Source: Myxococcota bacterium
GTDB lineage: Bacteria; Myxococcota_A; UBA9160; UBA4427
Assembly (NCBI GenBank): GCA_965223565.1
Contig: CBDCWV010000004.1
Coordinates: 333,683-397,682 of the forward strand
Reading direction: 5' to 3'
Length of the DNA stretch: 64,000 nt
Shown here: piece after piece, positions 62,467 through 64,000 of the stretch
How the letters are laid out: each line of letters begins with the position of its first letter
Numbering within the stretch: the first letter of the stretch is position 1
Notes under the pieces: generated by a model
Databases searched by the model: none
What the model saw: the letters and a program-made list of their open reading frames with translations, nothing else
Told to the model about the DNA's origin: nothing
Program-made: the position numbers and the translations under genes

Positions 62467-63143
62467 GCCAACGCATCCTCGTCGTCGATGACGAGCCCGA
62501 TATCCTCGAGCTCACCCGCTTCGCTCTGAGTCAGGAGGGCTATGTGGTCGATACCGCAGCGAGCGGCGACGAAGCGCTGGCCCAGCTGCGGCGTAACCGG
62601 CCCGACCTCGTCGTGCTCGACCTGATGCTGCCCGACCAGCCGGGCACCGAGATCTGCCGCACGATGCGTTCGAACGAAGAGCTGCGTGACGTCCCGGTCA
62701 TCATGCTGACCGCCCGGGGCGACGAGATCGATCGAATCGTCGGCTTCGAGCTCGGCGCCGACGACTACGTGACCAAGCCCTTCTCGCCTCGCGAGCTCTG
62801 CCTACGCGTCAAGGCGATCCTGCGACGCGGCCGGCCCGCCGAGACGTCGGCCGAACAGCTGACCCATCGCGAGCTCTCGATCGACGTCGCACGTCACCAA
62901 TGTGTCTTCCACGGCGAGGAGATCGCGCTCACGGCGAAGGAGTTCCAGCTGCTGACGGCGCTGATGCGCCGCCCCGGTCGCGTCCTGACGCGCGAGCGCC
63001 TGCTCGAGGAGGTCTGGGGCGAGGGGATCGCCGTCACCCATCGCACGGTCGATACGCACATGAAGCGACTCCGGGAGAAGCTCGGGCGAGCGGGTGAGCT
63101 GATCGACACCGTGCGCGGGGTCGGCTACCGCTTCCAGGAGTGA
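62463..63143 (+). CDS. phoB: OmpR-family response regulator PhoB
   Basis: ILVVDDE, LDLMLP, MLTA, GADDYVTKPFS, RTVDTH, TVRGVGY; between phoU and a kinase. Confidence 0.9.
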   Translation: MSQRILVVDDEPDILELTRFALSQEGYVVDTAASGDEALAQLRRNRPDLVVLDLMLPDQPGTEICRTMRSNEELRDVPVIMLTARGDEIDRIVGFELGADDYVTKPFSPRELCLRVKAILRRGRPAETSAEQLTHRELSIDVARHQCVFHGEEIALTAKEFQLLTALMRRPGRVLTRERLLEEVWGEGIAVTHRTVDTHMKRLREKLGRAGELIDTVRGVGYRFQE

Positions 63144-64000
63144 AGCGCCTCCTGCTCAAGATCTTCCTCGCGTGCGCCGCCCTGGCGATCCTCGTCGCCG
63201 GAGCCGCGGCCCTGGTCGCCCAACCCGGCGCCTTCTCGTTCGGATCGTTCGTCCTGCTGCTCGGGCTGGCGCTCTGTGCGGCCGCGCTGCTCGCCCACGC
63301 GCTCGGCCATCGTACGCTCGCCATGCTCGACGATGTCCACGCATTCGCACACCGGCTTCGCGAGGGTCGTCGCAGCAGCCGGCTCGCCTGGTCCTTCTCG
63401 GACGAACGGGACCGGGCCGCCGCGGCCCTCAACCGGATGGCCGAACGCCTGGCGAGCGAGATCGAAACCGCCCAGAGCGAGGCCCAGCGACTCGAGGCCG
63501 TGATGGCGAGCATGGTCGAGGGCGTATTGCTCGTCGATCCGAACGACCGCGTCCTCCTCATCAACCCGGGATTCCGCGAGCTCTTCGAGGTCTGGGGGCC
63601 GATCGAGGAGCGCTCGCTCGTGGAGGTGATCCGCCTGCCCGAGATCCACGCCCTGCTGCGCGATGCACGCGAGGCGACGAAGCCGGTGATCCGCGACGTG
63701 CGCCTGCGCGGTGCGAACGAACGCACCCTACTGGCCCATGCCACGCGCTTTCCGACCGAGGGGGCGCCGGCTGGCACCCTCGCGGTCTTCCACGACGTGA
63801 CGCCGGTACGGCGCGTCGACCAGGTGCGAAGGGACTTCATCGCCAACGCCTCCCACGAGCTGCGCACGCCGCTCACGTCGATCCAGGGGTACGCCGAGAC
63901 CCTCGCGGGCGGGGGGCTGGCGCCCGAGGATGCCGAGCGATGTCTCGCGACGATCCTGCGCAACGTGTCTCGCATGCGGGCGCTGATCGAAGACCTGATG
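63140..64000 (+). CDS. phoR: Sensor histidine kinase PhoR, 5' part (runs off window)
   Basis: Manual translation from GTG 63140: two TM helices, HAMP-like region, PAS (MVEGVLLVD...N), DFIANASHELRTPLTSIQGY. Confidence 0.9.
   Translation, partial: MKRLLLKIFLACAALAILVAGAAALVAQPGAFSFGSFVLLLGLALCAAALLAHALGHRTLAMLDDVHAFAHRLREGRRSSRLAWSFSDERDRAAAALNRMAERLASEIETAQSEAQRLEAVMASMVEGVLLVDPNDRVLLINPGFRELFEVWGPIEERSLVEVIRLPEIHALLRDAREATKPVIRDVRLRGANERTLLAHATRFPTEGAPAGTLAVFHDVTPVRRVDQVRRDFIANASHELRTPLTSIQGYAETLAGGGLAPEDAERCLATILRNVSRMRALIEDLM

Overview
High-GC core-chromosome window. Gene order and protein families suggest a deltaproteobacterial/Myxococcota-like organism (inference). It begins with the minus-strand translation/transcription cluster: tRNA-Thr/Tyr/Gly/Thr, tuf, tRNA-Trp, secE, nusG, rplK, rplA, rplJ, rplL, rpoB and partial rpoC. 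It continues with rlmB, signalling genes, tRNA-Leu and tRNA-Cys, hemH/hemE, an acyl-CoA dehydrogenase pair, ispH-MATE, clpS-clpA, three separate 2-oxoacid dehydrogenase/lipoate loci, lipid-metabolism enzymes and a pstCAB / phoU-phoB-phoR locus with Pho boxes. No CRISPR array, rRNA or intact mobile element is visible. Most notable: (1) a minus-strand cluster nuoB-like, E2 acyltransferase, lipB, nuoI-like, nuoC-like, nuoD-like, DUF1285-like. It encodes a complex I Q-module paralogue with all Fe-S ligands kept, the quinone-site residues replaced and no membrane-arm genes in the window. (2) A second L1-binding-type RNA motif in front of rplL, while the usual L10 leader before rplJ is absent. (3) Recurrent TAnnnT elements 6-10 nt before SD-less start codons, suggesting leaderless mRNAs. 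(4) A catalytically dead tyrosine recombinase next to an E1-less pdhC-lpdA-lipA cassette. All assignments come from motif recognition by eye; no database search was run, and many start codons are best estimates.
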